DNA from: Ylistrum balloti
Taxonomy: Eukaryota
Assembly (NCBI RefSeq): GCF_031769215.1
Contig: NW_026781911.1
Span: forward strand, 1-64,000
Reading direction: 5' to 3'
DNA length: 64,000 nucleotides
Shown here: positions 53,601-64,000 of the stretch, piece after piece
How positions within the stretch are numbered: position 1 is the stretch's first letter
Layout: the number at the start of each line of letters is the position of its first letter
Notes under the pieces: model-generated
The model's input: the letters and a program-made list of their open reading frames with translations, nothing else
What the model was told of the DNA's origin: nothing
Databases searched by the model: none
Program-made: the position numbers and the translations under genes

Positions 53601-56120
53601 GGTACTTAGTTTATTTAACTTTTGTTTGTAAGAAATAGGGCAGCCAAAAATGTTTTAGAGGTTTAATTTATACATAAAAACTATAGAAAATTTCCTTTTG
53701 GCTTTAATGATTTTAAACTAGTTTCAAATCCTGACTTTCATCAGAATTCATTATCTCAGGAGTACAGAAACTTTCTTTACTTATTTTACATCAATTATGA
53801 AACAAGCTACCTGTATCTGCTTTGATCAGCCACTCTTGTTTGACTGAATGAAAGTAGTCAAGGGGAGTAACCTGTGCAAGGAAATCAGAGTACCAAGGGA
53901 AAACCCATGTGTTAAGGCAGATGATCCCAATATGTTTATCCTCGAAGCAGTCTTTCCTAATTTTCTTTTACCATTCCCTTTAACTGCCCTAGCCTTGGCC
54001 CACAGAATATTATGGCCAAACTAGATTTGGATCCTTTCATACCTTCACTAATCAGTAGTGTTCTTTTATAGATAGATCTGTGTGTCTTAATCCTATTGTC
54101 AGTACCATACCAGTTAACACCTTCCCCTCCAGGAGGATCAGGTCTCCTCATTTAATGTAGAGAATTCCCTTGTTTAATGGAAGATCTACCATATATATGT
54201 TAAAATAGAATTCCTTCACACATATGCAGAAATAATATGAAAATTATTTCCATTTTTTTTATTGTTTGTCCCATGGGACCACATCTTTTATTTGCTATTT
54301 TATTATTTAATTTCCTTGACACTAGAACGATCCATGCCAGTGAACGTTCCTATCATCCTGATGGTCAACAATGAACAAGTCTGATTATATTTGAAATAGT
54401 ACTATTGTTAATAAATGGCCAAGCATCCTTAAGATAAAGATGCTGCGTTCATAATCAAATCATTCTGCTCTGTCTGTGGATAGGAAGATCAATACACCAC
54501 AATACATTGTTTCAATAACTTGACCTTGAGATGACTTTCAGTTTCACCAAACCACAACCTATACACTTAACACGATCCAGTAAATATTAACTAAAGATCA
54601 AAAAAATATTAACAGTTGATTCTTATTTTCTAATAAAAAGCAAACACATCCATTAAAGACGAACTCCCAAATGTGATTTGGGATGTGAGAAAAAAAAATG
54701 TTGAGTTATCTATTTGCAGTGAAGTGCTGATGGGGTATTGATTTAAGCTTTCACTGTTATGGAGTGTTGGGGCCCAAGCAGCCTAAACAAAACAGCCTGA
54801 TTGTACAGAGGGATATAGTATAGTACTCATTGACAAAGATGTCTGTGAAGTAATATTGATTAGATATGGACAGGTGAATGCTATTTAATGCCAGGCTATA
54901 ATGCTCAAAACAGATGTCATTATCTGTCTTGTACAACCTACCATTATCGTAATAGTCTGTGATCAACTCAGAGTTCTACACACAAAGTTAGGTATATTTA
55001 GATGTCATTAGTACGTTTAGACTACTTTTTGTGCACCATGGCATCAGTCTGTTGAAGGTAGTAATTAAATAATTGATGGGTAGTCAGCATAAAGACAAGA
55101 GCACACAGACTCATTCACAGACATACAGGGAGAACAGATTACACAGGCCTATACTTAATTCACTACACTTAACGTAGTCAAAAACCATGTTTATCTGTTA
55201 CAAATAAGATGGTCCTGTACAAATAATTAAACCTCACAATGAGATCATTAAATTGAAACAACAACCTGTTGTCCAGGGGAATTTGTCTAACTCCGCCTAT
55301 GAAATATAAAGTCATTACTTATCATAGCATTGTGGATAACCAGTCATTATGAGTCATAACTGTACTGTTAATTAATAACAGTTAAATTTTCATGTATTTA
55401 TGTAATACATATAAATCAACATCTCTACACATTATTAATATAGGTAGTACTATCATCTAACCATAATTTGTAACTATATTCTATAATCAAATGTATCAGG
55501 CTTCAGACCATTCTGGATATGTTTCTTGTCAAGTCATTTTGGGGTCAGAGACTTTGAGAGGCCCACACATGACTATAAAGTAAAATATTTCTCTTCCTTT
55601 GTAACTTGTGATTTATTGCTACACACAGCACGCTAGAAGTACTCAGCAATACTATTATCTTATTTACAGAGTACATAGTGGAGAGAAGGCGTACATGACA
55701 AGGAGGAATACACAGAAGATTTTGGATATCAGTACTTTTCAATATCAAGAATGTATTTCTGATCCAGAAAGAATAGTAACTAGTTTATATCATAGAATGG
55801 TAACTAGTTTATATCATATATTGAAAACAAGATGGAAATCAAAATAGATTTAAATATTAAGACATATTAGTTATTACAGTTATTACATGTTACACCAACC
55901 GACATGACTTTTTATTATTACCTCTGTTGGCCACCATAAGTTTCTTAATCACCCGTTCATCAGTCTTAGGTACAACACTCGCACTATGTGCCGAGTATGC
56001 TGCGACTCCCTTTGGAAGTCGGAAGCCATGACAAGGCCTTTTTGTGGCCCCTACTTCTGAGAGCAGTTGGTTCCTTCCTCCAAGGCAGAGTTTAGAGACC
56101 TGTGCTTGCAGTCGCAGCAT
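32376..56120 (-). CDS. PC: Pyruvate carboxylase, mitochondrial; 20 coding exons, 1204 aa
   Basis: Continuous colinear match to the known PC architecture: [52 protein letters not shown] (biotin carboxylase); [31 protein letters not shown] (carboxyltransferase); AMKM (biotin lysine). All 19 introns are GT-AG and the phases close (3615 nt). Confidence 0.98.
33083..33223 (-). CDS. PC: PC exon 19 (VDIEKGKTL...SEATK)
   Basis: CTACAG|GTT...AAG|GTAAAA. Confidence 0.96.
33328..33596. mobile_element. MITE with about 55-bp imperfect terminal inverted repeats (PC intron 18)
   Basis: Left end CAGGCCTGCATTCATGAAACTGGTCTCATGCTAAAGCATGAATTTTGTGCCCAAG; reverse complement of the right end CAGGGCCCGTATTCATGAAACCATTCTCAAGCTCAAGCATAGATTTTGTGCTCAAG. 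No clear target-site duplication. Confidence 0.8.
33821..34069 (-). CDS. PC: PC exon 18 ([13 protein letters not shown]...AQEIE)
   Basis: TGTCAG|ATT...GAG|GTGCAG. Confidence 0.96.
34558..34737 (-). CDS. PC: PC exon 17 ([15 protein letters not shown]...PLRTK)
   Basis: TAATAG|GTT...AAG|GTATCA. Confidence 0.96.
35360..35475 (-). CDS. PC: PC exon 16 ([38 protein letters not shown])
   Basis: GTACAG|GT...AAG|GTATAG; translated by hand. Confidence 0.96.
35680..35808 (-). CDS. PC: PC exon 15 ([17 protein letters not shown]...NEIP)
   Basis: ATACAG|GA...CAG|GTATTG. Confidence 0.96.
36417..36666 (-). CDS. PC: PC exon 14 (DMAGLLKP...HVHTHD...SALDT)
   Basis: ATCCAG|GAT...CAG|GTACTG. Confidence 0.96.
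36698..38033. repeat. 411-bp direct repeat (36698-37108 and 37623-38033) flanking PC exon 13
   Basis: Both copies run from TTATCAAACATATTCAGC to CTAGTCTTTACGAGTTG; about 5 substitutions found by eye. Confidence 0.95.
37126..37259 (-). CDS. PC: PC exon 13 ([26 protein letters not shown]...GTHILGVK)
   Basis: TTGTAG|GT...AAG|GTAAGT; translated by hand. Confidence 0.96.
38830..39445. repeat. Degenerate 14-bp minisatellite abutting the PC exon 12 donor
   Basis: Units ACTGCTATAACCAT / ACTGCTGTTACCAT. Confidence 0.9.
39449..39555 (-). CDS. PC: PC exon 12 ([35 protein letters not shown])
   Basis: CTTTAG|G...CTG|GTAAGT; translated by hand. Confidence 0.96.
40085..40645. repeat. 34-bp minisatellite in PC intron 11
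   Basis: Unit ACACCTGTATATAACAACCATCAGTATATAGCTA. Confidence 0.95.
40758..40914 (-). CDS. PC: PC exon 11 ([10 protein letters not shown]...DNVVY)
   Basis: TTTCAG|GG...CAA|GTAAGT. Confidence 0.96.
41220..41444 (-). CDS. PC: PC exon 10 (KSPPAGWRD...[15 protein letters not shown]...ENWG)
   Basis: TAACAG|TG...GAG|GTAGGT. Confidence 0.96.
43230..43462 (+). mobile_element. Truncated HINE-like element
   Basis: CAAGATGGCCACCTGT motif (shared with 49148), GGACAGAC microsatellite remnant, and terminal hairpin GCCCACCATC-GGACTAT-GATGG. Confidence 0.45.
45264..45498 (-). CDS. PC: PC exon 9 (TNIPFLLNV...PEIPF)
   Basis: TTTCAG|ACA...TTCA|GTAGGT; phase 1 is required by exon 10. Confidence 0.93.
45830..46325 (-). 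mobile_element. Decayed Penelope-like element of a second family (Poseidon-like) in PC intron 8
   Basis: [24 protein letters not shown]...[38 protein letters not shown], then [17 protein letters not shown]. The catalytic motif reads YFDD at 46284-46273. Confidence 0.8.
46438..46620 (-). CDS. PC: PC exon 8 ([13 protein letters not shown]...RIRGVK)
   Basis: ACACAG|GTG...AAG|GTTAGT. Confidence 0.96.
47145..47307 (-). CDS. PC: PC exon 7 (VDLVQSQI...DTGRIE)
   Basis: TTGTAG|G...GAG|GTACAA. Confidence 0.96.
47415..47882. repeat. Degenerate 42-bp minisatellite filling most of PC intron 6
   Basis: Recurrent CAGYACTGACCTATA...TGTACCCxxTGACCTCT. Confidence 0.85.
47896..48166 (-). CDS. PC: PC exon 6 ([22 protein letters not shown]...EQVT)
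   Basis: AATAG|GT...AGG|GTAACT. Confidence 0.96.
48624..48741 (-). CDS. PC: PC exon 5 ([39 protein letters not shown])
   Basis: ATGTAG|GAG...CTAG|GTAAGT; translated by hand, not in the ORF track in this frame. Confidence 0.96.
49040..49600 (+). mobile_element. HINE-like element with about 150-bp internal repeats
   Basis: Repeated CTAGGGACCA and TTTTCTGATCAGTC motifs; ends CCCATT-TAAT-GATGGTGGG, similar to the hairpin at 43440. Confidence 0.5.
49756..49882. repeat. 44-bp tandem repeat, about 2.7 units
   Basis: GGTGACCTTGGACCAAAACAATGAAAATTCCCATCCTCTCTACT. Confidence 0.9.
50009..50154 (-). CDS. PC: PC exon 4 (VQVVPGTD...[14 protein letters not shown])
   Basis: TTGTAG|GT...AAT|GTAAGT. Confidence 0.96.
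50359..50524 (-). CDS. PC: PC exon 3 ([16 protein letters not shown]...AAISA)
   Basis: TTTCAG|GAG...GCAG|GTTTGT. Confidence 0.96.
51025..51200 (-). mobile_element. 5'-truncated CORE-type SINE
   Basis: The minus strand has GTTGTGTCCAAGGATAAGACACTTTACCCTAATTG (CORE-like) and a 3' tail TGACCTTGGCTCTTCATGGGATCGTAAAACCCAGCAAACAAA. Confidence 0.55.
52045..52229 (-). CDS. PC: PC exon 2 ([12 protein letters not shown]...IIRIAK)
   Basis: TTGCAG|GT...AAG|GTCAGT. Confidence 0.96.
53800..53945 (-). mobile_element. Degenerate SINE (V/Meta-like central domain)
   Basis: Minus strand ATGGGTTTTCCCTTGGTACTCTGATTTCCTTGCACAG resembles the conserved SINE motif GGGTTTTCTCCGGGTACTCCGGTTTCC. Confidence 0.45.
55922..56120 (-). 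CDS. PC: PC coding exon 1 (mitochondrial presequence + KKLMVANR)
   Basis: ATG at 56120, 10 nt after the acceptor TTTCAG at 56131. The N-terminus [20 protein letters not shown] is R/L/S-rich. Donor G|GTAATA. Confidence 0.9.
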
Positions 56121-57269
56121 CACAGCAGTCCTGAAAGGTCCTAACTCTAGCTTTAATTCGTCAACTCCCTCAGAATCCTAGGTACAGATATTCTTATGAC
56201 TGAAATAGAAAATCAGTTTATTATCAGTGTCAACCACAATTATGTCAATCATGTTAACTTATTGAACCTGCATTTAATAATAACAAAGGCAGCAAATTTC
56301 CTTCTGATTCAATGAAGTTAAGTAACCTCTGCATAGAGTCAGTGTTATAGTGCTGTTATGTGACTGAAGTGAAAGATGTCTGGCAATGACAATGGTAATA
56401 TTCTATCTTATCTGATTGAAGTGATAAGAAGTCTGACAGTGACAATGCTAATATTCTAGGTTCTTGTCAGTATGTAGAAAGCATGAGAAAAATTTGTAAC
56501 AAATTTTAGAAATGTAATAAACAGAATGTTAATTGAGTTTACATTTCATATCATATGTTTTTGACATAGTTTGTGAAGTTCTTATGAAAAGGAAACACTG
56601 TCAACAAACAGAGTCAGACAGATACTCAAAATACCACTTTTCCAGGAAATATGTTGAAAAAAAAAGTTCAACTCTATCAAATCTCTGTTCAGTTGAAACA
56701 CTTAACTCGTGTGGAATTATTTCCCTCTCAGAGCCTGCATATTGTTATTGCATGTAACAAGAAAATCCTTAACTTGCCACAAACACAGAAAACGTTATTG
56801 TAGTCAATAAATAGTGTATAAAAATTTATAATTTGAAATACCATACCTAGCAGAAATGTAATGAACAGATCTGGTTATACAGGTCTAGCAATAAAAGTTC
56901 CTATTGTTTAGTTATATCTTTGAAACAAGTGAACAGCATTTGGGTATATAGACTGTAGTCTAAATTTAGACCTCCTGTCTAATATTATGAATATACAAAT
57001 GACATGCTATATTTACATGCATTGAAACTGGTAATTACTTTTCAGTGACCCCTTTTTTTATATTGTACTTGTAGTGTTGGCCATCCGCATCATCCTTTCT
57101 GTGTAATCCACCAAGTGTCTATAATATAGATAATCATGACCAGAGTGTTGTATCATATGGTAGCTACATGCATTTAGTTGTGTATCCCTACCTAATGTAA
57201 GATCATGTTTAAGACCCATAAAAAATGTATATCTACTATTTATCAGCTGTGGGCAACCAAACACTTACA

Positions 57270-58195
57270 GGTGAACCATATACCTGGTAAACCATATTCC
57301 TGGTAAACCATGTATCAGGTAAACCATATTCCAGGTAAATCATATTCCTGGTAAACCATATATCAGGTAAACCATATATTGCAGGTAGACCAGCATGTAC
57401 CAGGTAAACCATATACTAGGTAAACCAGAATGTACCAGATAAACCATATACCAGATAAACCATATACCAGGTAAACCATATACTGCAGGTAAACCAGCAT
57501 GTGCCAGATAAACCATATACCTGGTAAACCAGCATGTGCCAGATAAACCATATACCAGGTAAACCAGCATGTACCAGATAAACCATATACCAGGTAAACC
57601 ATATACCAGGTAAACCATATACTGCAGGTAAACCAGCATGTGCCAGATAAACCATATACCTGGTAAACCAGCATGTGCCAGATAAACCATATACCAGGTA
57701 AACCAGCATGTACCAGATAAACCATATACCAGGTAAACCATATACCAGGTAAACCATATACTGCAGGTAAACCAGCATGTGCCAGATAAACCATATACCT
57801 GGTAAACCAGCATGTGCCAGATAAACCATACACCAGGTAAACCAGCATGTACCAGATAAACCATACACCAGGTAAACCAGCATGTACCAGATAAACCATA
57901 CACCAGGTAAACCAGCATGTGCCAGATAAACCATATACCAGCTAAACCAGCATTACCAGGTAAACCATATACCAGGTAAACCAGCTTGTACCTGATAAAC
58001 CATATACCAGGTAAACCATATACCAGGTAAACCAGCATGTGCCAGATAAACCATATACCATGTAAACCATATACCAGGTTAACCATATACTGCAGGTAAA
58101 CCAGAATGTACCAGGTAAACCACATACATGTTAAACAATATATTGCAGGTAAACCAAGTAAACCATATATTTACAATGTACCATATATCAGGTTA
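57270..58195. repeat. Composite 16/19-bp minisatellite upstream of PC coding exon 1
   Basis: Units AAACCATATACCAGGT and AAACCAGCATGTGCCAGAT. Confidence 0.95.
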
Positions 58196-58770
58196 ATTCA
58201 TACTGTACATTACCGACATGGAAAAAGTCTTCTCATAGGATAAACTTTTAGAAAAACTATGTTAGACTTTCCATACATTATGTGCAACATCACCACTGAC
58301 CACACCAGGAAAGTGATGTTCCCTGACCACACAAAATATAGCAACCAACAAAAATAAATCACAAGATTCTGTTGAAAAAAATACTGCTGAATGACACGTT
58401 CTGTTGAGAATCTGTTGTCAATCATAAATTATAATCATCTGCATATATATACCGGTATATATATATATTCCAGTGTTAAGTACAAGCTCTTTTAAAAATA
58501 CATTGAATAATGATAATTCTCTACAATATGTGTACCTGATAAATGACACATTTCAGTTGAATCTGCTGTTGATTATAATGCAAAGTTACAGATATGGATC
58601 CCCTTACAATTAAATAAAGAGCTGTCCTTGATACATTGATGTTTATGTCCTTCTGAATTCTGCTTACAGTTAAACATGTAAACACTTTTCACTATATCCT
58701 GTTTTACAGGTGTGAGTCCAAAGTCCACAGATATCACAGAATCTCTCTCTCTTTCTCCATGTTATCTTAT

Positions 58771-58919
58771 ATTCAGCCTTATATTAATTTCGTCCATAGT
58801 GTATAGTTACCAAAGCACATGTTCATTTACATAAGGCTGAATTGGACAGCCTTATATTAATTTCGTCCATAGTGTATAGTTACCAAAGCACATGTTCATT
58901 TACATAAGGCTGAATTGGA
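58771..58919. repeat. 73-bp tandem duplication; first copy bounded by a 12-bp inverted repeat
   Basis: Copies at 58774-58846 and 58847-58919; ATTCAGCCTTAT (58771-58782) and ATAAGGCTGAAT (58831-58842). Confidence 0.9.
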
Positions 58920-59924
58920 GAATACAGGTAATGATAGCTAAAACAAAATTAGTATTGCATAACAGATACATCAAGGGAAATATTACATGATTTGCCTTTT
59001 TTATCTTGTTTACACTTATTGATCACTTGTGTCTCTACATATACACTACATTGTATGCTAGCTCCTGTTCAGTACCATCTGTCATGACCCATCAATTCAC
59101 AAGTACCAGTTGAACAGAGATATACTATCTCCTATAGCTACTTTATTTAGACTGACACATATATTACACATCAATTCATCCGAATTTTATCAGTCAAAAT
59201 CCTCAAAAAAATTCTCTTTTCTTTTGTCTTAAGCATGTTAAGTACCTGGTACATTGTCAAGTTTCTTAAAATAAAAAAAAATTGGTTAATCTTTTATTTA
59301 CTTAATTTCAAATTTAGGAACATTTTCATGAAGAGTAGATGTAATCCATACACACTTACCTCAAACACATGACATACACAACAAAAGCATCATTTGGCAA
59401 GGTCACTCGTTTCATGGTACACCAGTTTTGTATCGAGTTATATATAATTGTGTAGATTTACATCTCAAGTTTACTACAGCGGTATATTTTTTCTACCAGC
59501 TATGTACCAGTTTTTAGTGGTATCTTTTCGGTAATGAAGGATGTGTACTACATTTGTAGGTAACAGTCCCATTAATCAACCACATTCACACCAGCTATCC
59601 AGAGTATAGAGTAAACAACCTCTGTGATATTTCAGTCACCACAGTTTATAACAGAACACAATATTAGCACATGAGCTATTTCTAACATAAACATGACTAA
59701 ATTAATCGTCAGTTGCTATAAATTGAAGAAGTTCTATTGTTTTTTCTCTTTATACTTGAAACAAATAACAAATTCAACAATGTTACCCTTAAATAAATGT
59801 ACTGCAATTATATGCAATTATAGTTCCTAGAAGGTTAATACAAAACTGACCTTAGGTTGAGTTCTTGCTGTTTTTATTTCAGGTGGACTGTACACTGCAG
59901 CAACGGTCTCCTAACTTTCCACGT

Positions 59925-60330
59925 TTACACATATAACAGAGGTCATTATTTAGTTCGATGCCCCCGCTAAGATTTGAACCTGGAGCCCCCGACTTGCTAG
60001 TGTGACACTCAAACGATCAATCTAAAGAGAAGTTATCTCTAGCCGAATGGTATAGTGTTTATCAAGGTTACAAACTCCTCCTGCAGGAAATAACTTGAGT
60101 TTCCAGAGATTACAGCGATGTCTGTGAGACAAAGCTAAATATTATTACTGAGTCCCTACATCGGCTGAATGTAACAGGGGTCATTATTTATTTCAATGCT
60201 GTCGTTAGGATTCGAACCTGAGGTCCCTTGCTTATTAGTCTGACACTCAACTGACTGAGCTAAAGAGAAGTTCTCTCTAGCTGAGGCTTATATTGTGGCT
60301 AGTATTTACCAGGTTTACTCACAACTAGCC
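59925..60330 (-). repeat. Tandem pair (238-bp period) of tRNA-derived units
   Basis: Minus strand has an A-box-like TAGCTCAGTCAG (60262-60251) and a B-box GGTTCGAATCC (60218-60208). The second unit has GGTTCAAATCT. GGTCATTATT recurs at 59941 and 60179. No full cloverleaf forms. Confidence 0.7.
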
Positions 60331-63300
60331 TGAACACCATGTTAAAACATGTTAATTTTTTATGTTGATGACCTTGACCTTAGTGAATTTGTTTAAGCTT
60401 TTTTGAGGCCATGGCACAGCAGGAGAGCAGAGCACTGTGTGAGTTTCTCTTTGACCATATTGCTCACCCCAGCATATAACAATATTTCTTGGGGTGGAGG
60501 ATTTGTATTGTTGCATGCCCTTGTGTTGATGCAGGAGAGTACTGGACGTGTCAAAAATTTCTAGTTTCAACTTTGTTTCTGTATAATGTATTACAAATGT
60601 ATATGGAAGATTCAAAATCTTTTGAGAACTTATTATTCACTAGAAGTTATCTAAGTTTCAGAACCGAAATAAGTGCATCCCATATATATAACTCTTTATC
60701 CTTTAAGGTTATCTGATCCAAAATGAGGTATTTACATGTTTATGCAGTCAGAATAAATCATATGCTGCCCGTCAAAGGTATATAATACATGTGGGTTTTG
60801 ACATATACATGTTTAAATATGTATCTATCAGATCCAAATCCAGATCCAAATCAGATATGCCTGAATCGTCAATCAAATGTATCATTTCTACAATAAGGTA
60901 TAATAATGCGGTCAAAACATGGATATAACCAAAACATTTTCTAAATTTCTCAAAAAAAAAAAGTAGATGTTTGTGTACAATATGACACCAACACTGTACC
61001 AGTTTGATGAATATATGATAATGTCACAAACCTTTCCAATATTTGGGATAAATCACATAGCATATCCAATGCTGAATATTGTTATAGCATTCATTTAGTA
61101 TAAATATATTTTGTTCTTTTGCCTGAGGCATGTATACATAGCCAATGCATATTTTGTGGTGCAAAAGCACTTACCTGTGTTAACATAGGCACTAAAAATG
61201 CTATCATTACACATGTAAGTGTGTTTACTATACTGTGCTGTCAATTAAGTATTATTCCACATAGTAACATGCATCCAATGTGAAATAGGCATTATCTAAA
61301 TGTGAGCACAAATTGATAAATGGGTTGCACTCTGAGATATAAGATATAACATGCTAAGTAAAAATCTGCTTGTTACATGGCTACACATAAGTTGTTAATA
61401 CTCCAATTTTAAAGGGAATTCTATGAACAGTCACATAATTCAATTTAAATATATCCTTAAATTTTGCATCAGACAACCATATCATTTTCACATGTTAGAT
61501 CACTGAGCTCTTCTTGAAATCACACTTCCCTTCGATCATATTTTAGTAACCACATTTATCAGGTAATTTTAATTTGGAACTAATTTTTAGGTTAGTTCAA
61601 ACGACAACTTGTGAATAACATTGAAGACTTGGAATGGGAAAGGGTACAAATCTTGCAGATATGGCTAACTTAACATGGCTAATGCATGTTTTATTTCAGG
61701 CTTATTGTGTATCTAGCATCAGGTACCTCCACCAGTGTACACACAAGTGTATAATATAGTGACAATGGGATACAACTTATCACACTGTTGGATGTAAATG
61801 AGATTTCCTGTTGGCCTAAAAGGTATAAAGAGCCAAGTCATATTGGTACCAATACATGTTTATATCCACAGTTCTTCCTGATCAGTCAGAAAGAAGACTC
61901 AATGTGACTTTAGTAACTCCTGTTGTAACCACGAACCGTCTTCAGATTGTATCTTACCCTTGAAGGAATAATGTCCCCAAACACCCTTGCCTTAACACCG
62001 ATCCTGTTATGCCATGACTACTGAATGCTGGCGATGCCCTATATTTTACAAGCTAATGATATTTGTTTAATAACATCAAACTTTAATAAATTTGAGAAAT
62101 TTTTATTGCTACATTTATGTATATATTTATGTACCAACATTTATGTGCTGACATAGGATGTCACAGATGAGTAAGTCATCTGAAGCTATTCATGCATAGT
62201 GACACAAACTGAGTATATACATTGTTTACAGATATACAGTTGCCACACTTCATGAAACACTGGCATCTTAATGGTGAACATTTAGACATGTTACACGCTG
62301 TAGAACAATTTCATCTTTATGAACGAATTATGAGCAGTGTGTAAATTTGTAAATAAACAAGGGATTCAAAATGGATCTTCACACAAACCACTATTTGATC
62401 TTATTGGTTCTATGGGCAGGTGTTTGAAAGGTCTCGTAATGGGTCCCAATCCAAAACTGTCCTGTATTTTCCCAACTATGAACATTTTTGTAGGATTTTT
62501 TCTGCGGAGTCCATAGCACGTATTTAAAAATTTTGATGATTCCAAATACAAAGACATATACATGTATTGGGCTCTCAAAATTTAAGCGAGTTCTACAGAA
62601 AAAGCATGAGCCAGGCAGGACTTAAATATTTGTGTACCAAAAATCACTGATGACCTTTTGAAAGATTAGCGGTTACTGTCTGCATACAAGATGTCTAGTC
62701 TGGTTTAAGTCATTGAATAATATTCTAAATTTAAATTTTGAGAAGCATTCTAGATTCTGAGAAGTCAACAGGATTTTTTCATTGCATTCACACATCAGCA
62801 AGCATATACAGTATAGTTGAGGTGATTTGGCTCTTAGTCGCATTGCAACCAGCTCTCTTACACAGTATATAAAATATTGCCATCAAAATTATAAATAACA
62901 ACAAGTGTGTACATTTGTAACTATGCCTTTATATAAAACCCAAAATGGAAACTAATTTCCAATCTAAGTCTGTGGTTTCAGCTTATCTGCATTTCATAAA
63001 ATTTTACCTTTGTCAAAAAAGTAAAATAGCAATATCAGAAATATATATAACACAAAGCGTGTTATGTCTCAGTCAATATTTATAATTTACAACTTTTGAT
63101 ATACATTTCAAGTGTCAACAAATACATACTACATGTCAGGTAGAGCATATATGCAGAACTGAAAAATCCATTTCTAAAATATGTAAATTACAGGTACATG
63201 TAAGGATAGAATGACTGTTTTATTATTATTTTTTTTTTTTTGGTCGTTGTATAATGAAGAACAGTTGTGTATATTAATATTTAAGTGTAACCGCGATGAA

Positions 63301-64000
63301 AATGATGACAATTTTAGTATTTAGTATTGGTAATCTTTCCTTTCATAAAAGGAAGTTTTTGGTCACCACATACCAGGAAACGTGTTACACCATTTGAATA
63401 ATTTCAAATGTCACTTGTTTGGCTAACGTACATTTGAATACAACTTGTTAGGATGCTCAGGTTGACCGTTTATAAAATTGATAAGCGTTCCACATTGTTT
63501 CGTTGTATCTGTATAATAATTACAAAGTCCTGTACTAAGTATTAGATATAATATGATTCAAATATAAATTTGAAATGTGTTTTCTATATCATTCCTGTCA
63601 TTTGAAAACACCAGCCCACCTGGAAATAGGTCAATAGTATACTAATAATGGACAAAAAAATTGTCTAGTCAGTATTTAGTTGAAACAATTTCTTATGTAA
63701 TATTTCAAAAATATGAAACTGATGTAGTTTACTGGCACATGAAAAAGCAAACTTAGGATTGTCACTGTAAATGAAAGAAGAGAAACATATGTTAAGAATG
63801 GACTGTGAATGCGTGTTAGACCTATGATGATTTCTGTAAAGTATGTACAATATCACAAACATTTCTAAACTAACGATAGAATGAAAGATTGCCTAAAAAG
63901 TATCCATAGCTCGTCAACGTAAAAGGATCAATATTATTGCTTAGCTGCTAATCCTCAACCCTCGCCATTCCTGCAGGAGTGATCTTAGTACAACATTGGC

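Noticed and set aside
54757-54966. ORF with [25 protein letters not shown], more protein-like than background
   Set aside because: It cannot be assigned to a family from memory and has no clear splice signals; a BLASTX of 54600-55050 would decide whether it is a transposon relic.
55608-55847. HSGEKAY resembling a C2H2 zinc-finger linker
   Set aside because: No Cys/His finger on either side.
57340-58125. 261-aa Trp/Tyr-rich ORF and overlapping ORFs
   Set aside because: All three minus-strand frames are open across a 16/19-bp repeat; no coding signature.

Overview
AT-rich animal genomic DNA, most likely from a bivalve mollusc; this is inferred from the repeat families and gene structure. Two convergent intron-containing genes explain all convincing coding signal. 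On the + strand is a 4-exon UNC-93-like membrane protein gene (3026-14035, 507 aa, with a probable GC-AG intron). On the - strand is a 20-exon mitochondrial pyruvate carboxylase (56120-32376, 1204 aa; all splice phases close). The rest is intronic or intergenic: about 13 unrelated minisatellite arrays (roughly a fifth of the window, several with higher-order structure), decayed Penelope-like, LINE, SINE, MITE and HINE-like relics, and a tRNA-derived tandem dimer. The most notable unexplained signal is a pair of decayed minimal hammerhead ribozyme motifs in UNC-93 intron 2 whose lesions complement each other. Also notable are a sharp CpG-depletion domain over the PC locus, a fold-back pair of Penelope RT fragments, and a 411-bp near-identical duplication bracketing a PC exon. 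All coordinates and counts are manual; no database searches were run.
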